From the IMG/VR virus record IMGVR_UViG_2537562020_000004: 26,889 nucleotides of DNA. One strand, 5' to 3'. Shown piece by piece: positions 1-7,805 of this stretch; position 1 is the first letter of the stretch, and every line of letters begins with the position of its first letter. A model generated the notes under the pieces. The model saw nothing but the letters and a program-made list of their open reading frames with translations, ran no database searches and was not told where the DNA came from. The stretch comes from a virus. Taxonomy: Duplodnaviria; Heunggongvirae; Uroviricota; Caudoviricetes. The position numbers and the translations under genes are program-made.

Positions 1-222
1 GCCCATAATGCGGGCAGTTGCCCGGCATCCAACGCCATTCATGGCCATATCAATGATTTTCTGGTGCGTACCGGGTTGAGAAGCGGTGTAAGTGAACTGC
101 AGTTGCCATGTTTTACGGCAGTGAGAGCAGAGATAGCGCTGATGTCCGGCAGTGCTTTTGCCGTTACGCACCACCCCGTCAGTAGCTGAACAGGAGGGAC
201 AGCTGATAGAAACAGAAGCCAC
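1..222 (-). CDS. insA: IS1 InsA (N-terminal 74 codons, truncated by window edge)
   Basis: GTG start (rc of 220-222), translation [12 protein letters not shown]...ARIMG matches InsA zinc-finger/HTH N-terminus. The ORF-track ORF 39..251(-) is in a different frame and is not insA. Confidence 0.8.
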   Translation of the reverse strand, partial: MASVSISCPSCSATDGVVRNGKSTAGHQRYLCSHCRKTWQLQFTYTASQPGTHQKIIDMAMNGVGCRATARIMG

Positions 223-277
223 TGGAGCACCTCAAAAACACCATCATACACTAAATCAGTAAGTTGGCAGCATCACC
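1..277 (-). mobile_element. IS1: IS1 insertion sequence, left terminal 277 bp (element continues beyond window start)
   Basis: Reverse complement of 255-277 is GGTGATGCTGCCAACTTACTGAT, the IS1 terminal inverted repeat as I recall it; rc of 1-222 encodes the InsA N-terminus. Confidence 0.85.
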
Positions 278-278
278 T

Positions 279-380
279 AATGACGTCAGATTTGCCGTAA
301 ACCTGGATGCCTTATCGCGTAGCGGTGTAAAGGTCAACCCGGATGTCTTAATGCTCGCACGGAAGAAAAATGATGGATAA
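279..380 (+). pseudogene. yfiR: yfiR 3' remnant (last ~33 codons), truncated at its 5' side by the IS1 insertion
   Basis: Open frame [33 protein letters not shown] begins directly at the IS1 end and its TAA (378-380) overlaps the dgcN start, the arrangement expected for the yfiR-yfiN-yfiB operon. Identity is inferred from synteny, not from sequence recall. Confidence 0.5.
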
Positions 381-1596
381 CGATAATTCTCTTAATAAGC
401 GCCCCACGTTTAAAAGAGCATTACGCAACATCAGTATGACCAGCATATTTATCACTATGATGCTGATCTGGTTGCTGCTTTCCGTGACCTCGGTGCTGAC
501 CCTGAAACAGTACGCGCAAAAAAACCTGGCACTGACAGCAGCAACAATGACTTACAGTCTGGAAGCAGCTGTCGTTTTTGCCGATGGCCCTGCAGCAACT
601 GAAACACTGGCAGCGCTGGGCCAGCAAGGGCAATTTTCAACTGCAGAAGTACGTGATAAGCAGCAAAATATTCTGGCATCCTGGCATTACACCCGTAAGG
701 ATCCAGGCGATACTTTCAGTAATTTCATAAGCCACTGGCTCTTCCCTGCCCCCATCATTCAGCCGATTCGTCACAATGGTGAAACCATTGGCGAAGTACG
801 CTTAACCGCTCGCGACAGTTCAATCAGCCATTTTATCTGGTTTTCGCTCGCCGTACTGACCGGTTGTATTCTGCTGGCATCAGGCATCGCAATTACCCTC
901 ACCCGCCATTTGCACAATGGCCTGGTAGAAGCGCTGAAAAATATCACCGATGTCGTACATGATGTGCGTTCCAACCGCAATTTTTCCCGACGAGTTTCGG
1001 AAGAACGTATCGCTGAGTTTCACCGCTTCGCTCTCGACTTCAACAGTCTGCTGGATGAAATGGAAGAGTGGCAGCTTCGTTTACAGGCTAAAAATGCGCA
1101 GCTTCTACGTACCGCGCTACATGACCCATTAACCGGGCTGGCTAACCGCGCAGCGTTTCGTAGCGGCATCAACACGTTGATGAACAATTCCGATGCCCGA
1201 AAAACGTCGGCGTTACTATTTCTTGATGGCGATAATTTCAAATACATCAATGATACCTGGGGTCATGCGACGGGCGATAGAGTCTTGATTGAAATCGCAA
1301 AACGGTTAGCTGAATTTGGCGGGCTGCGACATAAAGCATACCGCCTGGGCGGCGATGAATTCGCTATGGTGCTCTATGATGTACAGTCGGAATCTGAAGT
1401 GCAGCAGATATGTTCAGCACTGACACAAATCTTTAATCTCCCGTTTGATCTTCATAATGGCCATCAGACCACCATGACATTAAGCATTGGTTACGCGATG
1501 ACCATTGAGCACGCCTCTGCGGAAAAATTACAAGAGCTTGCCGATCACAATATGTATCAGGCCAAACACCAGCGTGCCGAAAAGCTGGTGAGATAA
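370..1596 (+). CDS. dgcN: Diguanylate cyclase DgcN (YfiN), 408 aa, membrane-anchored GGDEF protein
   Basis: N-terminal TM segments, HAMP-like region, GGDEF motif (RLGGDEF); 408 aa length and downstream yfiB match the YfiN locus. Confidence 0.9.
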
Positions 1597-1611
1597 CAAG
1601 GATATATCGAT

Positions 1612-2094
1612 ATGATAAAGCACCTGGTAGCACCCCTGGTTTTCACCTCACTAATACTGACTGGCTGCCAGTCCCCTCAGGGAAAGTTTACTCCTGAGCA
1701 AGTCGCCGCTATGCAATCTTATGGATTTACTGAATCCGCCGGCGACTGGTCGCTGGGCTTATCAGATGCCATTCTGTTCGCAAAAAATGACTACAAATTG
1801 CTCCCGGAAAGCCAGCAACAGATCCAAACCATGGCAGCTAAATTGGCCTCGACAGGGCTAACACATGCCCGTATGGATGGACACACCGATAACTATGGTG
1901 AAGACAGTTACAACGAAGGCTTATCATTGAAACGGGCGAATGTCGTGGCCGATGCATGGGCTATGGGTGGACAAATTCCACGCAGCAATCTCACCACACA
2001 GGGTTTAGGAAAAAAATATCCCATAGCCAGTAACAAGACCGCCCAGGGCCGCGCCGAGAACCGCCGCGTCGCAGTGGTGATTACTACCCCTTAA
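1612..2094 (+). CDS. yfiB: OmpA-family outer membrane lipoprotein YfiB, 160 aa
   Basis: Signal peptide with lipobox (LILTGC), OmpA-like C-terminal domain (NRRV near C-terminus); position immediately after dgcN. Confidence 0.9.
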   Translation: MIKHLVAPLVFTSLILTGCQSPQGKFTPEQVAAMQSYGFTESAGDWSLGLSDAILFAKNDYKLLPESQQQIQTMAAKLASTGLTHARMDGHTDNYGEDSYNEGLSLKRANVVADAWAMGGQIPRSNLTTQGLGKKYPIASNKTAQGRAENRRVAVVITTP

Positions 2095-2546
2095 AACACC
2101 AGCAAACAGATAAAAAAGGGCCAGCCAATTGGCCAGCCCTTCTTAACAGGATGTCGCTTAAGCGAAATCTTAGTTAAGACGCTCCCAATAAAACCACATA
2201 AAAAACATATAATTATAATAAAAACAATTAGTTAATTTAATTTTTAATGCAGTGAATTGCAATATTCTGCAACCTCCGCCGCCACTTTGCCGCCACTTAA
2301 AGCTTTATACCACACAGACTTTAGTATACCCGAGTGAAACGCTAACACATGAGGTAGTTGGAAAATTTCCGTATATGTTGTAATATTGATACGCATTATA
2401 TGATTTTTACCTGATATAATGTAATTATTAGCTTCAAAATTATTTTTGCACGAATCAGGTATTACCAAGTAGTTGTCAGTTTTTAAAAACCCAACATCCT
2501 AAAATTAGCATTGTTTTTTAACCACAAAACATCCACGGAGAAGAAC

Positions 2547-3356
2547 GTGTCAAAAAAGGATACAATCCAGATTATCGATATCAGGATGCAGAGACCAATC
2601 ATAGCAAGAATAGAAGAAGAAAATTTAAATTTGACATTGCAAATGTCAGATAAAGCCACATTATCTGGTGCGACAGTTAGTTTTTTCACCCCAAATAACG
2701 TTTCTATATTCTTATCCTCAGCAAAAAAAGAGCTCTCAAAATCCAATTCTATATATAAAAGTCTTTTTGGAAAAATACACAAAACCAAACATAAAAACTT
2801 TAAAATTTCCGACAAAGACCTGCCGAGACTCTATAATTACTTTGAATCAATTCAGACGGCCATTATTTCTATGTATACTGCAATTGAGTCTTTTGCAAAT
2901 ATATGCATACCACATGATTATGTTTATGAAAAAAACAATGCCAAGGGAATCAAAGAATCCTATAGCAAAGAGCTAATTGAGCGATATATACCAACAAGTG
3001 AAAAAATAGATAAAATCCTACCGTCTATTTTAAATTGTGATTCGCCTAAAGGTTCAAAACTATGGCAAGATTTTAAAAGCCTTGAGTCACTTAGAAATGA
3101 CATAATTCACCCCAAGACAACAAAGAAAAACACAGAAACAAAAGAAGACTCATCTTTTTTATGCATTTTACTATCAGATGACTTTATAAAAAAAGTTTCC
3201 TGTGGATTTGATTTGGTATCTTATTTTTGCAAACAAGACACTACTCATAGTCTTTTCCCAATGGGTTTCGGTGAAATTGAACTTAAACCTGTCCCAATTA
3301 AAGCCGGTGACTTTGAAAAAGTTGATGATCATGATGAAATAGAATTACCATCATAA
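2547..3356 (+). CDS. AT-rich hypothetical protein (~270 aa) with a HEPN-like R-x4-H motif; prophage-border cargo gene
   Basis: Long ORF with strongly AT-biased codon usage unlike its neighbours; GTG start 2547 preceded by GGAG (2537-2540); motif SLRNDIIH at nt 3093-3110; followed by a hairpin. No family recognised. Confidence 0.6.
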   Translation: MSKKDTIQIIDIRMQRPIIARIEEENLNLTLQMSDKATLSGATVSFFTPNNVSIFLSSAKKELSKSNSIYKSLFGKIHKTKHKNFKISDKDLPRLYNYFESIQTAIISMYTAIESFANICIPHDYVYEKNNAKGIKESYSKELIERYIPTSEKIDKILPSILNCDSPKGSKLWQDFKSLESLRNDIIHPKTTKKNTETKEDSSFLCILLSDDFIKKVSCGFDLVSYFCKQDTTHSLFPMGFGEIELKPVPIKAGDFEKVDDHDEIELPS

Positions 3357-3369
3357 CAAAAAAACACAA

Positions 3370-3400
3370 ACCATAAAGACGGCCATAGGTGGTCTTTATG
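3370..3400. terminator. Hairpin (10 bp stem ccataaagac/gtctttatgg, 11 nt loop) between convergent genes; likely bidirectional terminator
   Basis: Perfect 10 bp inverted repeat; flanked by a T-run on the minus-strand side (rc of 3352-3369) and TTTAC on the plus side. Confidence 0.5.
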
Positions 3401-3472
3401 GTTTACAATAGACGCAGCCGTTATTAAATTTAAATCCAACAGCGTTAAAATAAACTAACAATATACGCATAA

Positions 3473-4513
3473 TTAATCTTTCCATTTAAAACCATTACAT
3501 AATGTTAAAGGATTAAATGTTACAGCCTCCTCAAGATGATCCGGGGAGAAATGTGCATACTTCATAGTTTCACGAATATTCGCATGACCGAGTATACGTT
3601 GCAGCACAAGAATATTCCCGCCATTCATCATAAAATGAGCGCCGAAGGTATGACGCAGAACGTGTGTCTTTTGCCCTTCCGTCAGTTCGATATCCGTTAG
3701 TTTGAGCATCTTTTTAAACTCCTGATAGCAAGGCTTAAACATCTTTCCCTGCCTTTCAGATAATTCGTCATACAACCATTTTGGGATCGGAACGGTTCGA
3801 TTCTTTTTCCCTTTCGTTTTGGTGAAGGTCAGTTTATGTGGCGAGAGCTGGGGACGTGTCAACCTCTCAGCCTCACCCCATCTAGCACCTGTTGCAAGAC
3901 AAATCTTAACAATCATGGTGAGGTCTTCTTTTCCGTATTGCTCGCATGCCTGAAACAATTTCGGAATTTGAGACAAAGTGAGCCAAGACATTTCTTTCTC
4001 GGCTTCCTTGAAAACACGGACTCCATCAAGTGGATTTGGTAAGCTCCACTCCCCTAGCCTTTTGAGCTCATTAAATACAGCCTCAAGATATTGTTGCTCA
4101 CGATTGACAGTTATCGGTTTAGCAATCCATTTTGCCGGGTCTTTATGATAGCCATTATCTATCTCCCCCCGAAGTCGGCGGTCACGGTAATGAGCCCAAT
4201 CTTTAGCAGTAAGGCGGGATGCAATAGGGTCACCAAGTCCATTACACACGATTTGAAGTTTAGCTAACCGCGACTTACTGGCGACCAGTGCCTGTCCGTG
4301 TAAATTATGCCAAAGCTGGATAATCTCACTTAAGCGTCGGCGGTCTTCTTTCTTGCCGAGCCACGGCTTATCCTCACTCTCACTTTTCGTAAATGCTTCG
4401 AATGCCTCGGCCTCACCTTTGGTATTGAATTGCCGACGTATACGCCGCCCTTCTCGACCATTTGGATAGAGCTCGCATAACCATTTGCCATTTTTTTGCT
4501 TACTTACAGTCAT
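3473..4513 (-). CDS. int: Phage integrase, tyrosine recombinase (346 aa)
   Basis: C-terminal catalytic region HVLRHTFGAHFMMNGGNILVLQRILGHANIRETMKYAHF typical of tyrosine recombinases (R..H..R..Y); located at the prophage end next to the repressor. Confidence 0.9.
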   Translation of the reverse strand: MTVSKQKNGKWLCELYPNGREGRRIRRQFNTKGEAEAFEAFTKSESEDKPWLGKKEDRRRLSEIIQLWHNLHGQALVASKSRLAKLQIVCNGLGDPIASRLTAKDWAHYRDRRLRGEIDNGYHKDPAKWIAKPITVNREQQYLEAVFNELKRLGEWSLPNPLDGVRVFKEAEKEMSWLTLSQIPKLFQACEQYGKEDLTMIVKICLATGARWGEAERLTRPQLSPHKLTFTKTKGKKNRTVPIPKWLYDELSERQGKMFKPCYQEFKKMLKLTDIELTEGQKTHVLRHTFGAHFMMNGGNILVLQRILGHANIRETMKYAHFSPDHLEEAVTFNPLTLCNGFKWKD

Positions 4514-4535
4514 AATGTCACCGAGGCAACTCTAA

Positions 4536-4874
4536 TTATTCCCAAAGTGCTGTTGCAGCATCCATTACAGGATCCAAAGGAATTTTTACGCCTGCATACT
4601 CCGGGCTATCTTTCCAAACAGTATCAATATTGCTCCCCTCAAGCTTTCCAGACTTTACTCCATCAATCGCAAAACCATTTAATGGGTATCGGTCATCTGT
4701 TGCTTTGTCGTACACAAAGGCATATTTACCGTTGACACAAGACACCGTAGCTTTTTCAAAAGTTAACGGCCAATCCTCACCAAACTTAGCGCCATCTAAA
4801 TCCTGTGTTTTTTCAGCGGCTGAGGCTCCAAAAGAAAGGGTAAGAAGCAGAGCTAAAAAGAGTTTACATTTCAT
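4536..4874 (-). CDS. Small secreted protein (112 aa) with N-terminal signal peptide; cargo gene between cI and int
   Basis: Start MKCKLFLALLLTLSFGASA-AEK (signal peptidase I-type site), RBS AAGGGA upstream; tightly packed between cI stop (4883) and int start (4513) on the same strand. Confidence 0.6.
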   Translation of the reverse strand: MKCKLFLALLLTLSFGASAAEKTQDLDGAKFGEDWPLTFEKATVSCVNGKYAFVYDKATDDRYPLNGFAIDGVKSGKLEGSNIDTVWKDSPEYAGVKIPLDPVMDAATALWE

Positions 4875-4882
4875 AATGTCCC

Positions 4883-5743
4883 TTACACGTGTTTTTCCAA
4901 TGTGAAAACTACAGCCCCGGCAGGAGTAATGTCTGTAATGTTGCATTCAAACTCAGCAGACTTATTTGACAACCTGACTTTTCCACCGGGCAAGCGAATT
5001 ACATCAAAAACATCAAGAGCGCCGTCGATATCAATTAACCAGCGACCATTACTTATATTCGAAGCAGAACAGTCGACAAGCCAAGAGGCAGCTACACCGT
5101 CAACAAAAATCAATTCCCCTGAGTTAGAAGGAATCATTGAGGGGTCAGGATGCCACGTTCCTGCATCCTTAAGCTCACCAGATTCAAGACGAGATTTTTT
5201 AATAGAAAAACCAGATGTGACATCTTCCCTGTTAGCTCGCATTTGCCCCTTGCCTGTTGCTAACCATTCCAGTGACGTATCGGTATCAAGAGCGCATGTA
5301 ACAACAACATCACCAGGGAAAAAATCTCGCCTTACCCATGTGCTAATTGTGCCAGAGGAAATGCCGAGCAAATCACCGAGCTCCTTTTGCATGGTAAAGC
5401 CATACGCATCAAGAATCCTACGCAAAACGGTTTTACCACCATTCGTCATAATCTCGTCATAAAGCTCTTTGCCTTTTAACTTGCAACTGGCTCGCTCGTG
5501 ATTTGCATTTGCAAGTTCTCCATTTACAAGCCAATTGATATCAGCTCCCGTGTCAAGACAACACCTAACTATGACATTGCCAGGTATTGCATCACGCTGA
5601 ACCCAGCCGCTAACGCTGTGTTTAGCGATACCTAGCAGGTCAGCCAAATCCTTTTGCATCTTGACCCCATAGGCTGACATTAAGCGTTCCAATACGCCGT
5701 TCGTTGCACTAACACGCCACTGAACATCAAGCTCAGAACTCAT
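4883..5743 (-). CDS. cI: Phage 186-type CI immunity repressor (286 aa) with tandemly duplicated N-terminal DNA-binding domain
   Basis: Two consecutive ~60 aa segments (AYGVKMQKDLADLLGIAKHSVSGWVQRDAIPGNVIVRCCLDTGADINWL and AYGFTMQKELGDLLGISSGTISTWVRRDFFPGDVVVTCALDTDTSLEWL) resembling the 186 CI N-terminal domain, plus a CI-like C-terminal domain; divergent from apl/cII. Confidence 0.85.
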   Translation of the reverse strand: MSSELDVQWRVSATNGVLERLMSAYGVKMQKDLADLLGIAKHSVSGWVQRDAIPGNVIVRCCLDTGADINWLVNGELANANHERASCKLKGKELYDEIMTNGGKTVLRRILDAYGFTMQKELGDLLGISSGTISTWVRRDFFPGDVVVTCALDTDTSLEWLATGKGQMRANREDVTSGFSIKKSRLESGELKDAGTWHPDPSMIPSNSGELIFVDGVAASWLVDCSASNISNGRWLIDIDGALDVFDVIRLPGGKVRLSNKSAEFECNITDITPAGAVVFTLEKHV

Positions 5744-5772
5744 AAAAACCCCTACAGATAATTTTATGGGTG

Positions 5773-5801
5773 TTTACAGAAAACTTTTTACGATCTATAG
5801 T
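5773..5801 (+). promoter_or_regulatory. Sigma70-like promoter (TTTACA-N17-TATAGT), candidate lytic promoter pR in the cI/apl switch region
   Basis: -35 TTTACA (5773-5778), 17 nt spacer, -10 TATAGT (5796-5801), oriented toward apl. Confidence 0.45.
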
Positions 5802-5864
5802 GGCATTCATCGACCAAGATGCACACCACTGCACTACATTTCAAACAACAGGAGATAATGCGAT

Positions 5865-6236
5865 ATGTCAGATGCAAAATCAATCTCGACGCACGACTCG
5901 CAAAACTCACAAAATCAAACTGTGCTGCTAGATCCAACACAGTTTGATGCCATCGTTACCGCCATGCTGCCAGCTCTACAGACAATGATTCGCTCCGCTA
6001 TGTCAGACACGATGACTGTGAAAGACTTCGCCGCTACTCGCGGTGTTAGCGAGCGTCTGGTCTGGCAATGGCTCGATGAGGGAGGCCTTCTCAAAGCTCC
6101 GACCAAAGACTTTTCCAACAAAGAAGAAGCTGCTAAACGAAGCCGAACCCTCGTAAACGTAAAAGCATGGCGCGATAAGCTGACTCAACAAGCGATTGAT
6201 TGTCGCTACATCGACCAGCGCACCGCTCTTAACTGA
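5865..6236 (+). CDS. apl: Apl/Cox-like HTH regulator/excisionase (123 aa as called; true start may be internal)
   Basis: Strong RBS AGGAG upstream of ATG 5865; HTH-like segment TVKDFAATRGVSERLVWQWLDEGGL; first gene of the rightward early operon opposite cI. Confidence 0.6.
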   Translation: MSDAKSISTHDSQNSQNQTVLLDPTQFDAIVTAMLPALQTMIRSAMSDTMTVKDFAATRGVSERLVWQWLDEGGLLKAPTKDFSNKEEAAKRSRTLVNVKAWRDKLTQQAIDCRYIDQRTALN

Positions 6237-6268
6237 ATTTGATTATGCAAGTTAGAGGGAATTTAACC

Positions 6269-6778
6269 ATGTTTGATTTTCAGGTTTCCAAACATCCCCA
6301 CTATGACGAAGCATGCCGCATTTTCGCACAGCGTCACAATATGGCGAAGCTGGCCGAGCGTGCAGGTATGAACGTTCAAACGTTACGTAACAAGCTCAAC
6401 CCGGAACAGCCTCACCAGTTCACGCCGTCTGAATTGTGGCTGCTGACTGACCTGACCGAAGACTCAACCCTCATTGATGGTTTTTTAGCGCAGATTCACT
6501 GCCTACCATGCGTGCCGGTTAATGAGTTGGCTAAAGACAAATTGCAGTCTTATGTCATGCGCGCAATGCGTGAACTCGGCGAACTGGCGAGCGGCGCGGT
6601 ATCTGATGAACGTCTGACCATTGCCCGTAAGCACAACATGATTGAAAGCGTTAACTCCGGCATTCGCATGTTGTCATTGTCGGCTCTGGCTCTGCATGCA
6701 CGTCTGCAGACTAATCCAGCTATGTCGAGCGTGGTCGATACCATGAGCGGTATTGGCGCATCGTTTGGTCTGATTTGA
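6269..6778 (+). CDS. cII: Phage 186 CII-like transcriptional activator (169 aa)
   Basis: Translation MFDFQVSKHPHYDEACRIFAQRHNMAKLAERAGMNVQTLRNKLNPEQPHQF... matches phage 186 CII as I recall it; RBS GAGGG upstream. Confidence 0.8.
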   Translation: MFDFQVSKHPHYDEACRIFAQRHNMAKLAERAGMNVQTLRNKLNPEQPHQFTPSELWLLTDLTEDSTLIDGFLAQIHCLPCVPVNELAKDKLQSYVMRAMRELGELASGAVSDERLTIARKHNMIESVNSGIRMLSLSALALHARLQTNPAMSSVVDTMSGIGASFGLI

Positions 6779-6785
6779 GGTGCGT

Positions 6786-6986
6786 ATGCTGAAAAGTGAA
6801 CCGTCATTCGCATCTCTGCTCGTTAAGCAAAGCCCCGGCATGCACTACGGCCACGGCTGGATCGCAGGTAAGGACGGCAAGCGCTGGCACCCGAGCCACT
6901 CGCAGGCTGATTTACTGGCTGGCCTCTCTACTCAAAAGCGGGGGGGCTCATGGCTATCGAAGCTGTTTCCGCGACTGTTCCGCTAA
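6786..6986 (+). CDS. Small early-operon protein (66 aa), hypothetical (position of 186 fil)
   Basis: ORF translationally coupled to cII stop, RBS GAGG (6777-6780); position only. Confidence 0.4.
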   Translation: MLKSEPSFASLLVKQSPGMHYGHGWIAGKDGKRWHPSHSQADLLAGLSTQKRGGSWLSKLFPRLFR

Positions 6987-7288
6987 AAGCGGGTGAACGT
7001 CTGGCCGGTCTCAATCATGTTGCCGAATTGCGCGCGAGATATTGGGGCGATAGCTGGAAAGAGGTTGAACGTTTTGTCGATGATATGCGCGATAAACGTG
7101 ACCCACAATTTGAAGAAAATAATCGGGCGCTGGCCGCTATTTTCTTTCTGGCAAAAATACCGGCGGCTCGTCATGAACTCGAATTAAGTGAGCTGACTAC
7201 TGACGAGAAAAAGGCGCTTATTACAGCGATGAATCATTTTCGTGCAGTAGTGAGCTTATTTCCCAAACGGCTAACCATGCCGAATTAA
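6950..7288 (+). CDS. Hypothetical early protein (112 aa)
   Basis: ORF with G-rich RBS before ATG 6950; overlaps the previous ORF by 37 nt in another frame. Confidence 0.5.
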   Translation: MAIEAVSATVPLKAGERLAGLNHVAELRARYWGDSWKEVERFVDDMRDKRDPQFEENNRALAAIFFLAKIPAARHELELSELTTDEKKALITAMNHFRAVVSLFPKRLTMPN

Positions 7289-7355
7289 TCCAAACAGAAA
7301 TTTAATGGCGTAAACCCGCCGGGCATCTTATTGCCCGAAATCAGGAGAGTTAATT

Positions 7356-7583
7356 ATGCGTAATACCGAAATCCGTAGTTTTAACACTGATAGCGATGCG
7401 CTGGCCGTATTGCTGACCGATGCAAAAAAAGAAGAGCGTAAAGACCGCGCGCTCGCTGTTTCCATCCGCCTTGAGGCGCTGGCTATCCATATTACCAGAG
7501 AGGGAATGAGCGGCACCGAAGCTGCCGAACTGCTGCGCCGTGAAGCAACCCGCTTTGAGAATGAATCACAGGAGCTGCACTAA
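7356..7583 (+). CDS. Hypothetical early protein (75 aa)
   Basis: Strong RBS AGGAGA 6 nt upstream of ATG; stop overlaps the next start. Confidence 0.55.
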   Translation: MRNTEIRSFNTDSDALAVLLTDAKKEERKDRALAVSIRLEALAIHITREGMSGTEAAELLRREATRFENESQELH

Positions 7584-7804
7584 TGGCCGACGCAATGGAT
7601 TTAGCACAACTGCGCGAGCAGGAAGACCGCGAACGCCACATCAGCAACGCACGCACCCGTATCGCTGCACCTTCCCGTTTTCTTTGCGAGGAATGTGACG
7701 CACCAATCCCGGAAGCTCGCCGCATTGCGATTCCGGGCGTGGCTTTTTGCGTAACCTGCCAGCAAATCGCAGAGCTAAAAAACAAACACTATCGGGGGGT
7801 ATAA
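7583..7804 (+). CDS. TraR/DksA-family C4 zinc-finger protein (73 aa)
   Basis: CEEC...CVTC motif (two CxxC pairs); small ORF immediately upstream of replication gene A, as in P2/186-family phages. Confidence 0.7.
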   Translation: MADAMDLAQLREQEDRERHISNARTRIAAPSRFLCEECDAPIPEARRIAIPGVAFCVTCQQIAELKNKHYRGV

Positions 7805-7805
7805 A

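Noticed and set aside
39-251. 70 aa ORF on the minus strand from the ORF track
   Set aside because: Lies inside the IS1 left end but in a different frame from insA (which starts at 222); InsA translation from the correct frame matches the known protein, so this is a shadow ORF.
2110-2145. Possible yfiB terminator hairpin (GGCCAGCC repeated around AATT)
   Set aside because: On inspection the sequence is mainly a direct repeat with a short palindrome (GCCAATTGGC), without a clear stem plus U-tract; not confidently a terminator.
2244-2468. 74 aa minus-strand ORF in the AT-rich spacer downstream of yfiB
   Set aside because: No ribosome-binding site, low-complexity AT-rich sequence where random ORFs are common; retained only as intergenic/regulatory DNA.
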